Notes: generated by a model from the letters alone, not told the origin. 64,000 bases of DNA from Callorhinchus milii (GCF_018977255.1 NW_024704752.1:9734001-9798000); one strand, 5' to 3'; numbered from the stretch's first letter, positions 38,401-51,574 are shown. Program-made: numbers and translations.

Positions 38401-39172
38401 AACATTTACCACGGCACAAAGGCAATGATAAACAAAGAGAACATGACGGTGGGCTGAACAGTCAAATCAGTTGAATTTAATTCCCCAGAAGTTGTAATCA
38501 CACGGCACAGTGTTTACGTCAGTCCCACATCCGGATGAGATCCCCCAGTCCCACCCCCCAAAAACATACAGTCAATCCACTTTACAGTACATTCGTGCGA
38601 AGCGCTTTTGCGACGTCTCAACGACGTGATCGGGCGCTACACCAAACGCGCGGACGACGACGACGGCGGCGGCGGTGGCGGCGATTACTATTATATCCGC
38701 ACCCCAAGTGCCTGACGATCGTCGTCTCGCCCCCAAAAAACGTACCGCCAATTCACTTTGGGGCGTAACCCCTGAAAGCGCTTCGAGAACGTCTCGAAGA
38801 CGTGATGAGGCGCTGCACCAACTGCGAGGATTACTATATATTTATCAGTAGTGTATATATATATATATATGTATATGTGTAGATATAAAACATCCTACAC
38901 CCCGAGTCCCAATGTACCCCAACAGCCCCCCCTCACACCTGGATTGCCCCCTCCTACCCCCAGCCCCGGGCTCTGACAGGCTCTCGCTGGGCCGGGACCG
39001 GGACGGTTTATTTGCGATTCTTCTGCCAGAAGCGACCGACCGACCGCCCGACGGAGGGAGGGAGGGACCTGCCCCCCCAGGACAGAGCCGAGGGGAGGAG
39101 CGCGGCCCCTGTGGGGCCCAAACCCCCACAGCGGCCCCCGGGAGGGACTCACGCGTCGAACTTGTTGTTCAT
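29454..39172 (-). CDS. EIF4E2: Eukaryotic translation initiation factor 4E type 2 (4EHP)
   Basis: Exons 39172-39153 (MNNKFDA), 37526-37412, 36180-36046 (AVVPGPGEHPFQYNYTFWYSRR), 33959-33855 (VEQFWRFYSHLVRPGDL), 31365-31213 (GGKWIIRLRKGLASRCWENLILAMLGEQF), 30162-30026, 29493-29454 (DNSSFRNTKLTL*); all phase-consistent. Confidence 0.97.
33268..33577 (+). mobile_element. Full-length tRNA/Deu SINE
   Basis: A-box tagctcagtgg, B-box gagttcaattcc, Deu-like core and (TTA)n tail. Confidence 0.9.
34965..35398. repeat. 118-bp direct duplication in an EIF4E2 intron
   Basis: 34965-35082 and 35281-35398 (atatcatcactgtgaagataaattcc...gacgccccacagtggctt) differ at only a few positions. Confidence 0.9.
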
Positions 39173-40100
39173 GGCGGCGGCCTGGACTCGCAGACCTGCG
39201 CGCGCAGCGGCCTCCCCCCCCCCGGGGGGTGGGGGAGGGAGGGAGGGGCGCGTGGGGTGACGTCTCCCGCGCGTCAGCCGTGCGTCGATTCCATGGCAAC
39301 CGCTGTCAACAAACAGCCCCGGAGGCGGAGCACTCCCGACCCCACTGCGGTCTGCGCCGGTGGCCGCGGTCATGAGGATAATAATAATAATAATAATAAT
39401 CCTTGCATTTGATATAGCGCTTTTCACGTCGGGAGGACGTCCCAAAGCGCTTCACAGAACACACTGTAAAGTGAATTGACTGTATAATTGTGGGCGAACG
39501 CGGCAGCCAATTGCGCACAGCAATGTCCCACAAACAGTCGTGGATTGAAAATGACCAATTTTTTATTGTTTTTTAGTTTTTTGGAGGGACTATTATTAGG
39601 CTCTGTGTGGAGTAAGGAAACTTGCCCAAGGTTTGGCCCTCTGCCTGGAATTGAACTCAGGTCTCTCACTTGCAAAGCGAGTGCTCTAACCACTGAGCTA
39701 CAGGACTCCACAAGGTTGAAAAGGAAGGACGAACTTGAAAAGGGGAAGAGAGGGGGGGCGAGGCGGGGGGGACTGAGGGAGTTGTGTAAACTTTGTTACA
39801 CAACTTTGTTACACAACTGTGACGTGTATAGGGAATGTCACCCCAGCCTGGAGATCACCGCCGCTCCCCCACCCTCACCCCATCACACTGCTCGCACGGG
39901 AAGCAGTCACTGGTTACAGGCTCGCCCGGCCTGGCTCCTCAGCAACCCTTGGGAGTCACAAAGTTGATATCTCCCCCTCGGCTCCTGTTAACCCCAAGCC
40001 AAGGCCCTAACGGGGCGGGTGGTCCGAGCTGGACAAGCGGTGGGAAAGCTGTCAGACAGCAATATCAATGGCAAACTGTGTAGCTTAGTTCTTATTGACG
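38500..40100 (-). promoter_or_regulatory. CpG-island promoter and first exon of EIF4E2
   Basis: Strongly GC/CpG-rich. Kozak gccgccATG, NRF1-like tgcgcgcgca (~39197), TGACG (~39258) and RFX X-box-like GATTCCATGGCAAC (39287-39300). Confidence 0.75.
39378..39709 (-). mobile_element. Full-length young SINE inside the EIF4E2 promoter
   Basis: Near-identical to 17688-18012 and 54329-54664; begins about 205 bp upstream of the EIF4E2 ATG. Confidence 0.92.
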
Positions 40101-40611
40101 ATAATAACGTCACATTACGGCAACAGCTCCTTTCACATCAGGACAATGACTCAAACTCTTCACAGGATTCACCGTGAAGTGTAGTGACTGTGAGTTTAGT
40201 GGGCAAATACTGCACAATGTCTCGCAAACAGCCGTGCAGCGAGCGAGTGAATGAGCGATTTTATCTGGGGTTTGTCGACCGGGAGAGAGAAACTCCCTTC
40301 TCTATTCGCTCAACACCGCGGGAGATCTTTAACATCTGTCCAAACAGGCAAACGGGGCCTCGGCTTAACTTCTCACCTTAATGAGGCACCTCCAGTAATG
40401 CAGCGTCTGCCCAGCACTGCACTGGAGCGTCAGCTTAGACTATATACAGCAGCAAATGATGGTCATCCCTCACGTTTGATGCAGCGCCTCGTCACGCCTT
40501 CGAGACGTCTCAAAGTGCTTCACCGCAACCCGCTATCAAGTGCATCCGCTGTATATTTCGTCAGCGAAACGCGGCAGCCAATCGCCACAGCAGGGTCCCC
40601 CCCACCCTTCG

Positions 40612-40945
40612 CCGCCGAAATGGCATCTATAGAGCGCCTTTGGGACGTCCCAAAGCGCTGCCCCGAGCGTGGGGGAGGGCGGGGTGTAGGGGTGAGGGAA
40701 GGCAGAGGGGTGGTGGTGGGGGGGGGGGGGGGGAGACCAAAGGCACGGTTGAAGAGAAGCGTTTTGAGACCGGCCTTGAAGGAGGCGAGGGAGGAAGCGA
40801 GGGGAAGGGACCGTGGGATGGAGTTCCAGAGTGTGGGGGCAGAGAGGCTGAAAGCCCGACCACCGGTGGTAGGGCGGGTCAGGCGGGAGACATGGAGCAG
40901 ATCAGAACCTGCTGAATGGAGAGAACGGGCAGGTCGGTCCCACAA
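40612..40945 (-). mobile_element. L2-clade LINE 3' end
   Basis: The minus-strand frame encodes LRS-like...GGRAFSLSAPTLWNSIPRSLPLASSLASFKAGLKTLLF, a typical L2 ORF2 C-terminus, followed by the 3' UTR agcgctttgggacgtc...gcgctctatagatg. Confidence 0.8.
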
Positions 40946-40964
40946 ATAGTTGGGGTTTGAAGCG

Positions 40965-41168
40965 ACCAAATTATTATTTTTTTTTAAGGGTTTATTACCC
41001 CTGGAAAAGCGATACGCCAATCAACTAATACCCTGGTTCCAACTTACTGCTGGTTGAGCAGAGGCCTGTGAAGTAAGGAAACTTGCCTAACGTTTCATCC
41101 TGCCCGGGAATCAAACCCAGGTCCTCTCACTGGCGAGGCGAGCGCTCTAACCACTAAGCTACAGGACT
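40965..41168 (-). mobile_element. SINE 5' portion (longer subfamily)
   Basis: tRNA-like head plus the ggttccaacttactgctgg..cagaggc segment shared with 51575-51914. Confidence 0.7.
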
Positions 41169-44100
41169 GCACAGATTGAGAAGTTCATCAAAAATGTATT
41201 TGTTCAGATGGTTCAGTTACAATATTCAAAAAGACAAGGGAGTCACAGCGAACAACCTTCAATATAACTGGTTCAAAACTGGTTATTCACGTTATGCTAG
41301 GTGTGTGTAAATTGGCTGTAACATTTGCCTATAAATAAACTTGACAGCAATAACCTGTGAAGCTTTGAGACATTTCAATCTTATAGATATTACATCAAAT
41401 GCAAGAATTATAAATTATACAAAACTAGCAAATTGCATATAACCAACAAAATGTATAACCAGTATGCAATTAGAAAAATATACTGCAACAACTTGCATTT
41501 ACGCAGCATCCTTTATGTGTGTGGTGGTGTGAAGAGCAAATAAATGTCAACATGAACTTTGCGAAGAATTACAATTGCTGGCATTTTATTCAATCAGCCA
41601 TTCTTTTAATTCTGTAAAATATTGTTATTTGTCTGCAAACATACTGTTTTCACTAACAGGTATCAATCAGTGCATGTGGGTAGGGTCCATTTGCTTCAAC
41701 CCATTCCTTAGTGTTGCCTGTTGATGATGGAGGTGAAACCCATACTAACAACTTACTTTTGCATTAGGACAGTCAGATAAAATAATACCTCAAACTTCTA
41801 AACACTGAGAAATAAATTTACACTTGACTGAAAGAATGGGTTCAAGAGATACATTTTTAGGGATGTTTTTCAAAGCAAGGTTAAAGGACCATAGCAAAGT
41901 GATTTTAAGAATTCCTAAAGATGGGAGTGTAGTGGTTAAAGGTTCGACTTCTGACAGTGGTGTAGAGGGAGTGAGCCACGAATAGCAAACCAGCATCAAA
42001 AGACTGGAGAATGCAGATAGTTTTAGTCTGGGACAGCAGCGCTTCATGTCAATAACTCAAGCATTATCCAGCTATCATATGGCAACTCCTTAGGGTCCAG
42101 CTGTATTACTATTCCTTCCAAGTCCAAAGTGAAAGGGTACTCAGATCTCTGTCGTCAACCTTTGTCTCAATTTCTCACCTTATATAAACAAAGGCACTGT
42201 TTCATGCTGAAGTTAGATTCCAGAGTCTATAGGGTTCTGGTATCTCAACCTTAGTGGCATTTTTCATGCATGAGCATAGCCAATTATTGGCGGACTCACT
42301 ACGGAGGACATTACAGTCGAGCCCAATCATGTACTCACACAGTCCACACCTACACACACATATTCCAGCAGGGGTAGATGGATAGTGATAAAGAGCAGAA
42401 TGCAAGATGTTGTACTCTCTTGCTAAATCTGTTTATCCAAAGGAACCCTATTATTGAAGAAATTCCTTCTATACCTTCATCCTTGATTCTTTTGCTTGAC
42501 CTAGCACTATTATGACTGATTCCTCAACTAAAGGAAATAGTTTTTCCTATTTACCTTGTCTTAACTTCAAATTCTTAAAGACCTATATTATATACCTTCT
42601 TAGTCTCTGCTTCCATAGAAGAGTTTAGCCAGCCTCTATTTAAATATATATTACCTGATATCTGGTACTGTTCTGGTGAATCTATGCTGCACCTTCTCCA
42701 AGTCTCGCATTCTTCCTGTAATAGGATGCCCAAACCTCAACTTGCTACTCCAAGATTTACATAACCTAGCATCTATCACTAAAAGTAATGCACATTTCAG
42801 ACCAGGTTATGTTATTCAGTACTATATATCAGAGCCCAAACCTGCAAGAATTAAGTCCATATATTTTCATACTGTGTCGGGCAAAAATTCAAACCAAATT
42901 GAAGCTGATGGGTACGTCATTGGCCAATGCTGAATAGTAACCATTACCTCACAGGAAAGATATGAGTGAGGTTGTCCCTGATCTAAAAGAAGCTGCACAC
43001 GTTAAGAGAGCAGTGTACCTCAGTACACCCTGCATCGTGCAAATTAGAAGAGAGACATTGGTGAATGGAACTAAAGATCCAGGTTTTTAACATGATTAAA
43101 ATCCAGTCCAGAGGAGGTCATCGCCTGAGAAAACAATACAAGCAACGCAGACCTTTAAAACTCAGTGAACTGTATAACAGGGTGTGCTCAAAGTACAAAC
43201 TGAATTTAAATGTTGTTCTCATCTGTCTTCAGTAAACATCAAAGCAGCGGGAGACTGATCAGCTCTTTGTCCATTGCTGTGCAGAGCTGCTGACTCTTTG
43301 AAGTAGCATCCAGTTCTGAGGCAGCCTTTGTTCTCGCTCCTGCGCATCAAGCACATTTCCAGCCGCTTAAAGCAGAGCTGCTCATTTACAATGACGAGCG
43401 CTGTCACATCTTATTAGCGTGAGGTGGTCTGGTTCTGTGATGTGCAAATGTTGGGGAGTGAATGTCTCCCGATTGACTCCCTTCTGATAAAAAAAAGTTT
43501 CTTACTGTGTTCAGAGAATCATTTGGAGAGTTTGGAGTTTTAGTGCTGCATCACTGAGTTGTAGGAAAGCTTTGGGAAACAGAAGAGGAAGCTACTGTTA
43601 GTTATGTCAACTTAAACGTTACTGTAAGCCTTATATCTGTTTGACCAATCTCAGTTGAACACTCAGGGACAGGAAACATAATTTCAGATAATAACACAGG
43701 TAAAAGTGCTCAGCTGTTCTCCCAGTAGTAAGGGTTGTGATCATCTGGTTATCTAGCCAGCTTCTGCTGGTCATCTAGTCACCAACTTCCGGTCATCCAG
43801 TCACCTGTCTATGTTCAGCTATCACGAGTAATCTATCTGCTGTCCAACTTTGACAAATCACTTTGATTTACTGTCTGACCCAGGAACCCACAGAACCCAA
43901 TAAAACATTGCAATGCAACTGGCTGAATTTAAAGGACTCCAGGCAGGACAAACTCGAAGAACAACTGAGTATTTTTACGTTTAAAGAATCACACTGACGA
44001 TGCCAGGAACATGAAAGAAATCCCTCAGCAAATGTAAAGTCTAAAATTCATGAGTTTCATCTCTTCCATCTGCTATCAGCATCATTCACACCCTCAATTC

Positions 44101-44880
44101 TACAAGAAAAAACACTGAGGTCTTCTTTGCGTTTGAACTTTGTCAGCCACAGATAAATAACACAATTCTCCTCCCTTGTCATTTCCATAACCCTGCATTC
44201 TGCAGCCCTGTGTCATCAGATTTAACATTATAACAACAAAATTATATTTGTATAGCGCCTTTCACTTCGGGAGGACATCCCAAGGCGCTGCCTTTCCTAT
44301 TGGCACAAGTCTGATGATCATTTTGTTTTTTTCTCTAGAACCTCACGCAATCTGCTTTAACAAGTCAATCCCTCCCAAAAAGCCTGTCAACATAAATTTG
44401 CAGTTTAAATATTCTAGTGCTAACTACAGAACACATTTTCCTGACAGCAGAAGAATACAATTCCCTGACTGAACCCATGCACGTCAGCATCTGCTTCAAA
44501 CATGAAGCCATAGTGGCACCAAGTGGTGAGCATTAAGTACTGTCAGCAATAAGACAATAATAGGCATAGAAACCCAATCAGATTTGCAATATTCACAATA
44601 TTCTGTGTTTAACTGCAACTTCGAATAGGTAAAACCCAGTTGGCAAACCTGACAAAAGGTGGGTAAGTAAAATTTTTTTTTTGTAAAATGTCAGTCTTTC
44701 TAGGATTTTATTGAACTTTATTGACTTGGGATTCACAGACTGAATTTCACAAACTGGAATTCAGAGCCCCCCCCCCCCGTTTGTCAACATTTGAAACTAG
44801 ATTATTACTTTTTATAAATACTGTATTTAAAAATCAGATTTACAGATTAAAACTAAATTACTAAATTAAATCACTGTTAC

Positions 44881-47800
44881 CTCATCAATGGCGTGTCCCA
44901 AATTCTCTTGACACTGCAATGGTTTCCTGAGCAGAGGAATAAACAACATGTTAAAGTGAAATGCAAGTACAAATTACATTTATATAGTATTTTTCATTTG
45001 AGGAGGATGTTTCAAAGTGTTTCACAAAAGTGTCTGGGAGCCCAAGCTGTTTGTAGGGAGAGGGAGGGGAGAGCTGAGGGGAGGAGAGAGGTGCTGAAAG
45101 CATGATTGAAACATTGGCTGTTTGTGGGACATTACTGCTCATAAATTGTCTGCTGAATTTACCCTAGATTATACCTTTTCAAAAATGGGTTAGGTTTGGG
45201 CAGGGTGTATTTTAATGAAACGGACACAAAATGGCAGCACATTTGGATGAAATAAGATGAACAGAATTTTTTATCTCACCTGTCTATTTTGGTCTCCAGA
45301 GACACTGTAAAACTTGCCTCACTGTTGGGTTGATATGTAGAGGGTACAATGTTATAGCTTCCTGGCTTAAGAGTGCAAAGCTGAGTCACCTCCTTTGTAT
45401 AGCGATGTGGTACACAGCTCACTGTTGGCTCCAGAAGATAAGAGGAGGCTTGGCTCAATGGTTTACTGCTGTTATTATATACCTATTCAAAACCAGCAAC
45501 AGCTTAAATAAAACCTTGTAAGAACAACAGCCACTGCAGTAACTTCAAAATAGTATTTTCAGGAAACAAAGACAGGGTGAATTTTCCTGGGACAGGAACC
45601 TTAAAGAAACCATTTCCTCCCTCATCTGGGAAACATGTTTTTTCAATGTTTCTAAAAATGGCACCTATGGAATTGGGGTGCTTGAGGTTATTTAAAATAT
45701 GCAGCATGATTGGGTTTAATGCATTACCTGATAAACATGGAATCCTATTGGCAGAAATTGTCCATCAGAGTTTTCCTGGTGCAGTGTGATTCTAACATTC
45801 TTGACACCAGTGTCCGAGAGGATTGAAAATGGAAAGTGCGGATTAGTGTTGTATGTTGGGAAATTCCTGCTTCCACCTGCGTTCATTCCACTGATCCATG
45901 AATCCATGAACTGTATCATCTCCCACTCCCCTTCACAATTCTCCTCAAACTGGGTTACTGGCTGAGTTGCCTTCATTGCACTGAGGAGAGAAAAGCATCA
46001 GATAGTGTTAATAATAATCCTTGCATTTAATATAGCACCTTATCATAGTATATAATGAGTATCCTGTTTCCTTTGTTACTTATGTTTCTCTGCTCTTGTG
46101 CTTCTCAAACCCAACCTCTTCAAACAAGACTTTGGCCACCTCCCTCTCACGCCTGCTCCAACCCCTTCCCTGGAAAGTGCTCTGAGATATCAGCCAACTT
46201 GAAGAGTACTATATAGAGTATAGAGTACTACACATTATTGTTTTCTTACTTCATTGAGATCTTTGATGATGAGAAGGCACGCAGCAGGAATTGGATGGCT
46301 TCATCCTTCATAAATGTGCTGGGGATAACAAGATAGTAGCCAGGAGAGAGTACACCGTGCAGTTTCACCTCCCTGTCATATGTGTGACATTCTGTTGACA
46401 TGGCCGGTGATTTGGCAACCGTTTTCTGCAAATTAAACCGTCTTTTCTCCACCTGAAAGTTTGAAATGAGAAATTAAAAAATTATTTAATGCATAACATC
46501 AAATTGAGAATTTGCATCCACCTCAATCTTACTGTAAAGATTTGTCACTTTATAACAAGCTACGGTGGTCTGACATTTTATTGGTTATTGAAATTAAAAT
46601 CCAATAGACCTCTAAATTATATTTGAAATATCATTCCCTAGTTAGTGTAATCTTGTTACCGAAACTGAAAGCCATAGCTCATTTAGATGTTATGTTAACC
46701 TATAATCTAAATTGTAAGTTTTAATACAAATTAAGTTAAGAACATTTAAGCATTTGTGTCTTCTGTAGGATAGCTTTCAATTGAACAAATGTAATCTGCA
46801 TAGTCCTGTCATGGAACCCATTCCTGTTGGGCTACCTATTCTAACCGCAGTTGATGACCAGATCTGTTATTTCATTTTTCATCTTGCATGTTCACAAATA
46901 TCTTTGCTTTGTTTGTGACAGATGCCTTCTGCTTGTATGTTTTGCATTGATGTGCGAATACCTTCCATATGTGCAGCCCTATTGCTCGGTAATGCTTCTG
47001 TCGCATAATATCAGGCTCTGGATCTTCTTCATTGTCATGGCACTGTGCAGAAATACGCTCTGTCCAACAATTGGTGCTGCTGAAGTCCTGGGTTTTCTGT
47101 AGGAGTGCGATAACCACTTCACAAGGATTCACAATTCTCAGCCAGAATTTGGGGTTACTACAAAAACTGCTGTTATTACGGCAGCCACCTGCAGTTTGTC
47201 CTTTGACCCATGCTCCTGGACATAGCTGTGTATGGCACAAACTTTTACCTATAGAATGAAATCAAAATAATTAACTCTCATTTAATCAAATGCAAGGATT
47301 ATTATTATTGTTGTTTATTTTGATTCTCTGAAACCCAATTTCATGAGAATTTTAGAAGGGTACAAACTGGCACATTCATCATTGAAAGTTTGTTAAGGTA
47401 ATACATGTCTAAACCTACCTGTTAAAAGACTGATGATATTTCCCTCTGGATTTATGGGATACCCTACAGTCACCTCATCAAAATCTCTGAAAAACTCCTC
47501 CTCCTCCACCCAGAACTCCCCATCTGCTGCCAAGGATTGCAGTTTGGAAGCAATGGCAGGATCCACTTTCTTCCAACCATCACCTCTGAAAAATAAATCA
47601 CTGATCAGAAATCAGCATTAAATCTGAAATGCAGACAGCCACCACCCTTCACGCAATAAATCACTGACTAAAAATCTCTGAGTAGTAAGTATGTTGTTAA
47701 GATTCCACTGTGCTGAAACTTGATGGATCCCAAATCCTAATGGATAGGGTGGTCCTAGCTGGTCAAGCAGCAAGAAAGCTTGCCAGACATTTTTTGGAAT

Positions 47801-50800
47801 GCAGTTTTAGCTGATTAGACTCCTTCAGTACCCCCAACGCACACTCTGGTGTCCCCAAGCCTTTGCTCTTGCCAACCTATGCTTAATACTCTCCGGAATT
47901 AGTTATGTAGGGTGCGTCCCGCCTGGGAGAGTTGCAATCCATTCCAATAAATATTTCTGGAATTTCCATATGTAGGTGGGATGCTTGGAACTCTGTTTGG
48001 TTTGGACACTCTTAAGTATGGTGATGGGTTTCCCCATGTGTCAGACACCTAGCTGACCAAAACAAATTCAAGGACATTATTAAATACCTTACCCATCCTG
48101 CCAGGAACCGTTCCAGCAACGCCTGTCCCACAGGTTTCTTATCTTTAGCAGCCGGATCTCCTCGGCGACCAGACCATCGATTTGCTTCACATCTGTGACA
48201 CTGAAGGCATGATACTCTGCACGATCGTTGGCACCTGGAGGGTAAGTTGTACAGAACAAATAAGAACTTTATCTTTTGCAGTGAGATTGAGCAATCTGAC
48301 TGACCAGTAATCTAGTTGTGGATATTTTGCATAGATTTAGAATGATTAACATTACCTTCGGCTGAACCATGGACAGAGCAACTAATGAAGCTCTTATCGT
48401 TTAAATGCTTCAGCAACTCAAATTTGGACCTTTCGGAAATATCCAAGTGGCCACGTTCCTCATTGTTTTTCCTAGAATTCTTGAGTGTCCACCTCTCAGC
48501 AAGGCTTCCTGTAATGTCAACTAAAGCTTCACCCACTTGCCCGGCCCACAGCTGTTCATAGCAGCCATGGAATCTTTGGAGAAGGAAGAGCGACACAAAA
48601 AGTTTTAGTCAAGAGTTGTCACGAAACAGCACACACACTGATCCGCGTTATAGTTAAACGGGATGAGAGGTTGCAACATTCGTGCAAACGCTGATAAAGA
48701 AAATGTTTCACATTCTTCAAAACTTAGTGGAGTGGAGCACTAACTAAGTGGAGCACATCTTGGTAATCTGTCACATTTTTAGTAACAAATAATTAAATGT
48801 TCTGATTTAATCTACATCCTCTAAACTTAATTAAGTAACGTACAAAAGATACAAAACATGCAATAAAGGGTTTGAGGAGTAATACAAAGACCAGAGTTTT
48901 ATAATTGTCAGCACCAGTTTAAAAATATACTAAACTGGACAATAATACGAGGCTATCCTGAGCAGAAGACAATTGTGCAGCAGGTGGGAGGGAATCCCAA
49001 TATCAGAACAAGGCAACATTGTTCATAACAACCAAGCTGTGTATGGAAACTGTGTTAACACCTCTCCCCCTTCCCTACATGGATCCAGGGACATCACCTG
49101 CAGGTCCCTGACCAACAATACATTCAATTAAAGAACTCACAGCATCTGATGCACTTGTGAATTAAGTCCCAGCTCAATGAGGCTGGTTTATAAACTGCTT
49201 GAATGAGTTAATACTAAGAACATAACTGTACACTTAAATCAAGATTTATACATATTGAAAGTGACCATGACACATGGAAATGTTCCCAAATATATCTATC
49301 CAGATTCCTTTGTACAAATAGTTGTTATTAATGGTTAAGTAGAACTATAATGATAAAGAAGGTGATCAAGAGATTGGTCAAGTATAGTTACAAAAGCTGT
49401 ATATAAAATAGAAGTAAATAGAAATCATCTTCTTTAGATGGATCTTATGCAAAGGGAGTGACAGGAAGAAGATATTACAAATCCTTATCTAACCCTTGGA
49501 TTATGCAAAGAGTGAATTAGAATGCAGATGGCTTTTACTTAAGAAATTTCGTACTTAGCAAATGCCTTTTCCACTAACGGTAACCAAAACACCTCTTCAG
49601 AGCGGTGTCGAGAGAAGCAGAGCCTCCCACCTATGCACGGCAGTCGATCATCTATCGTTACTTCAACCCACTGTCCAAAGCGCCAGAAATGGAATCTGAA
49701 ACATCCGTTGTATCCAGATTGTGTCCACGAGTCCTGGCCAGGGGGCATCACCTGCAATACATGGGGCACAACTATCAGGACAGCTTGTTTATAATCTAAA
49801 ACCATTATTGCTCCCTCACCTCCGGTGCATCATTTCTGTCCTAGAGGGCCCTTTGATCAGGCTGCTTTCTCACTAGCTGCGAGGCTTCCGCCAGCTGCTG
49901 ACTGTGACTGGATGGAAGAAATACAAACACTGACACGGACTAGCGGGGCTAAATGACCTATTTCCGTGCTGTAAGGTCTGTGTAAGACATTAACCATTCA
50001 CCTGAGAGCAGTCTCACTCAGATTTGTGCAGCTTTAACATACCTTATCTAACAGAGGTCTGTTTTTACGCAGAGTTTCGCAAGCACAAAGAAACCAGCAA
50101 TCTCCCAGTAGTCCTTGCTTGATGTGTCCTTCTTGCAGATTAGCTGGGAACAGCCGAGGAGATTTGCAGATTTCCTGAAATTTAAAAAAAAGTGTTTTAG
50201 AATTTAAAAAAAACAGCAGCAGCAGTGGGCAAACAAGAGAGAGCGAGAAAGTGAGAGACAGAAAGATACAAAATACTAAATAAACTAGAAAATACAAAGA
50301 CACTTTCAACCGTACCCTGCAGAATGTGCCAGAAAATCCATACTATTACAGTAGAGCAATTATAGTGGTTCAACAGATTTTATGGGTGAAAGAATCTTAA
50401 ATAGTTAAATTATATAAACAAGGGATGGATCTGTCTGAAACGCCAATGGAGTGTAGTTTCAGATCAGCATCACACAAACCATCTTACAGGTTCTTAATTA
50501 TCTATCACTTGGATAAAAATGTACACATCTTGGCATGCGTGGAGATTTCACACTTCTAGGCAGTCCAGTTCATGGCTGTTTGTGGGACCTTATTAGCGCA
50601 ATTGGATGCCACTGTTTGCCTACAAAAACAATCACAACCTTTGACAGTAATTAGTTGTGCTTACTTGAAATGTTAGTCAATCCACTTAACAGTATATTCT
50701 GTGAAGGGCCTTGAGACGTCTCAATGTCGTGATAATGCGCTATATCAAATGTAAGGATTATTATTTCTTATTGTTATGTTTTGGCATGATAAGGTGCTAT

Positions 50801-50964
50801 AAAAATTCAAGTTCTTTCTCGTCAAAGAAGCTGCTCACCTGTGGTCTCAACCATGAAGTTTTGCCACAGACTTTGGCAATGGGTGTAGAATAGGTGGAAA
50901 AAAGAGAAGAGTCAGCAGCAGGGAAGTCATCATCATCAAACAAGATCTTCTTTGGGGTTTCCAT
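44881..50964 (-). CDS. CAPN10: Calpain-10 (terminal exon not resolved)
   Basis: Exons 50964-50839 ([27 protein letters not shown]), 50174-50043 ([14 protein letters not shown]), 49751-49555, 48573-48356, 48234-48093, 47585-47419, 47248-46962, 46452-46250, 45980-45728, 45482-45280, 44926-44881 ([16 protein letters not shown]). Protease core followed by two C2-like domains and no EF-hand. Confidence 0.93.
47780..48065. repeat. Unclassified ~300-bp repeat, opposite orientation
   Basis: Reverse complement of the 12764-13060 family; ends gacacctagctgaccaaaacaaa. Confidence 0.78.
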
Positions 50965-51574
50965 ATCCCAAAAGTCTCCACAAGCTTCACATGTGCTTGA
51001 AGCAATCCCAAGAGATCATCTTAATGTTAGGCAGCATCTTCTTCTGATTGAGCAAAATGAAAGGTTAGTCACACGAGATTCTGCTTTCTTTTTTATTATT
51101 CATGAATAATCAGGACACTCAGTAGAGGAACTCACTGGGCAAAAGTGCTGGGGACACAATTTTAAGGATTAAAACAGTACACATTCAGTCTCTTGTGATC
51201 CATTAGTTCCTCTCAAGGAAGTCCAACCAACATCAAAAGATTGTTAATGTGCTGGAAATTTGAGTATAGCATGAAAAGGGAATCCAGCAAGCATTACTTT
51301 CTTAAATCTTTTAGGCGTACATGTGTGTCACAAGAGTAACACAGACAAAACAACAAAATTAGTTTGAAACAGAGACGCCACTTTGTGATAAGTGTTACCT
51401 TTCAGCGGGTGTTGGCTTTTTAATATTATGAAAGGCTGGTCACAGAATCTATTGTTCATTAATATTAAGAAAAATTAGTTAAACATTGGAGGAATTTAAT
51501 AAACTGTCTTGACTGATCAAGGTGCAGAGACGGGGATCCATTCAAATTGCACTCACCACATTCATACTATAATA

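Noticed and set aside
38845-39445. Several long Gly/Pro/Arg-rich ORFs
   Set aside because: Stop-poor CpG island; only MNNKFDA (EIF4E2 exon 1) is supported.
39780-39818. Short inverted and tandem repeat agttgtgtaa...ttacacaact
   Set aside because: Too short and single-copy to call a MITE or regulatory element.
40251-40949. 232-aa plus-strand ORF
   Set aside because: Antisense to an L2 fragment and SINE remnants; no independent coding signal.
41790-42047. 85-aa hydrophobic minus-strand ORF
   Set aside because: No recognisable family and no supported gene structure; probably UTR or intergenic.
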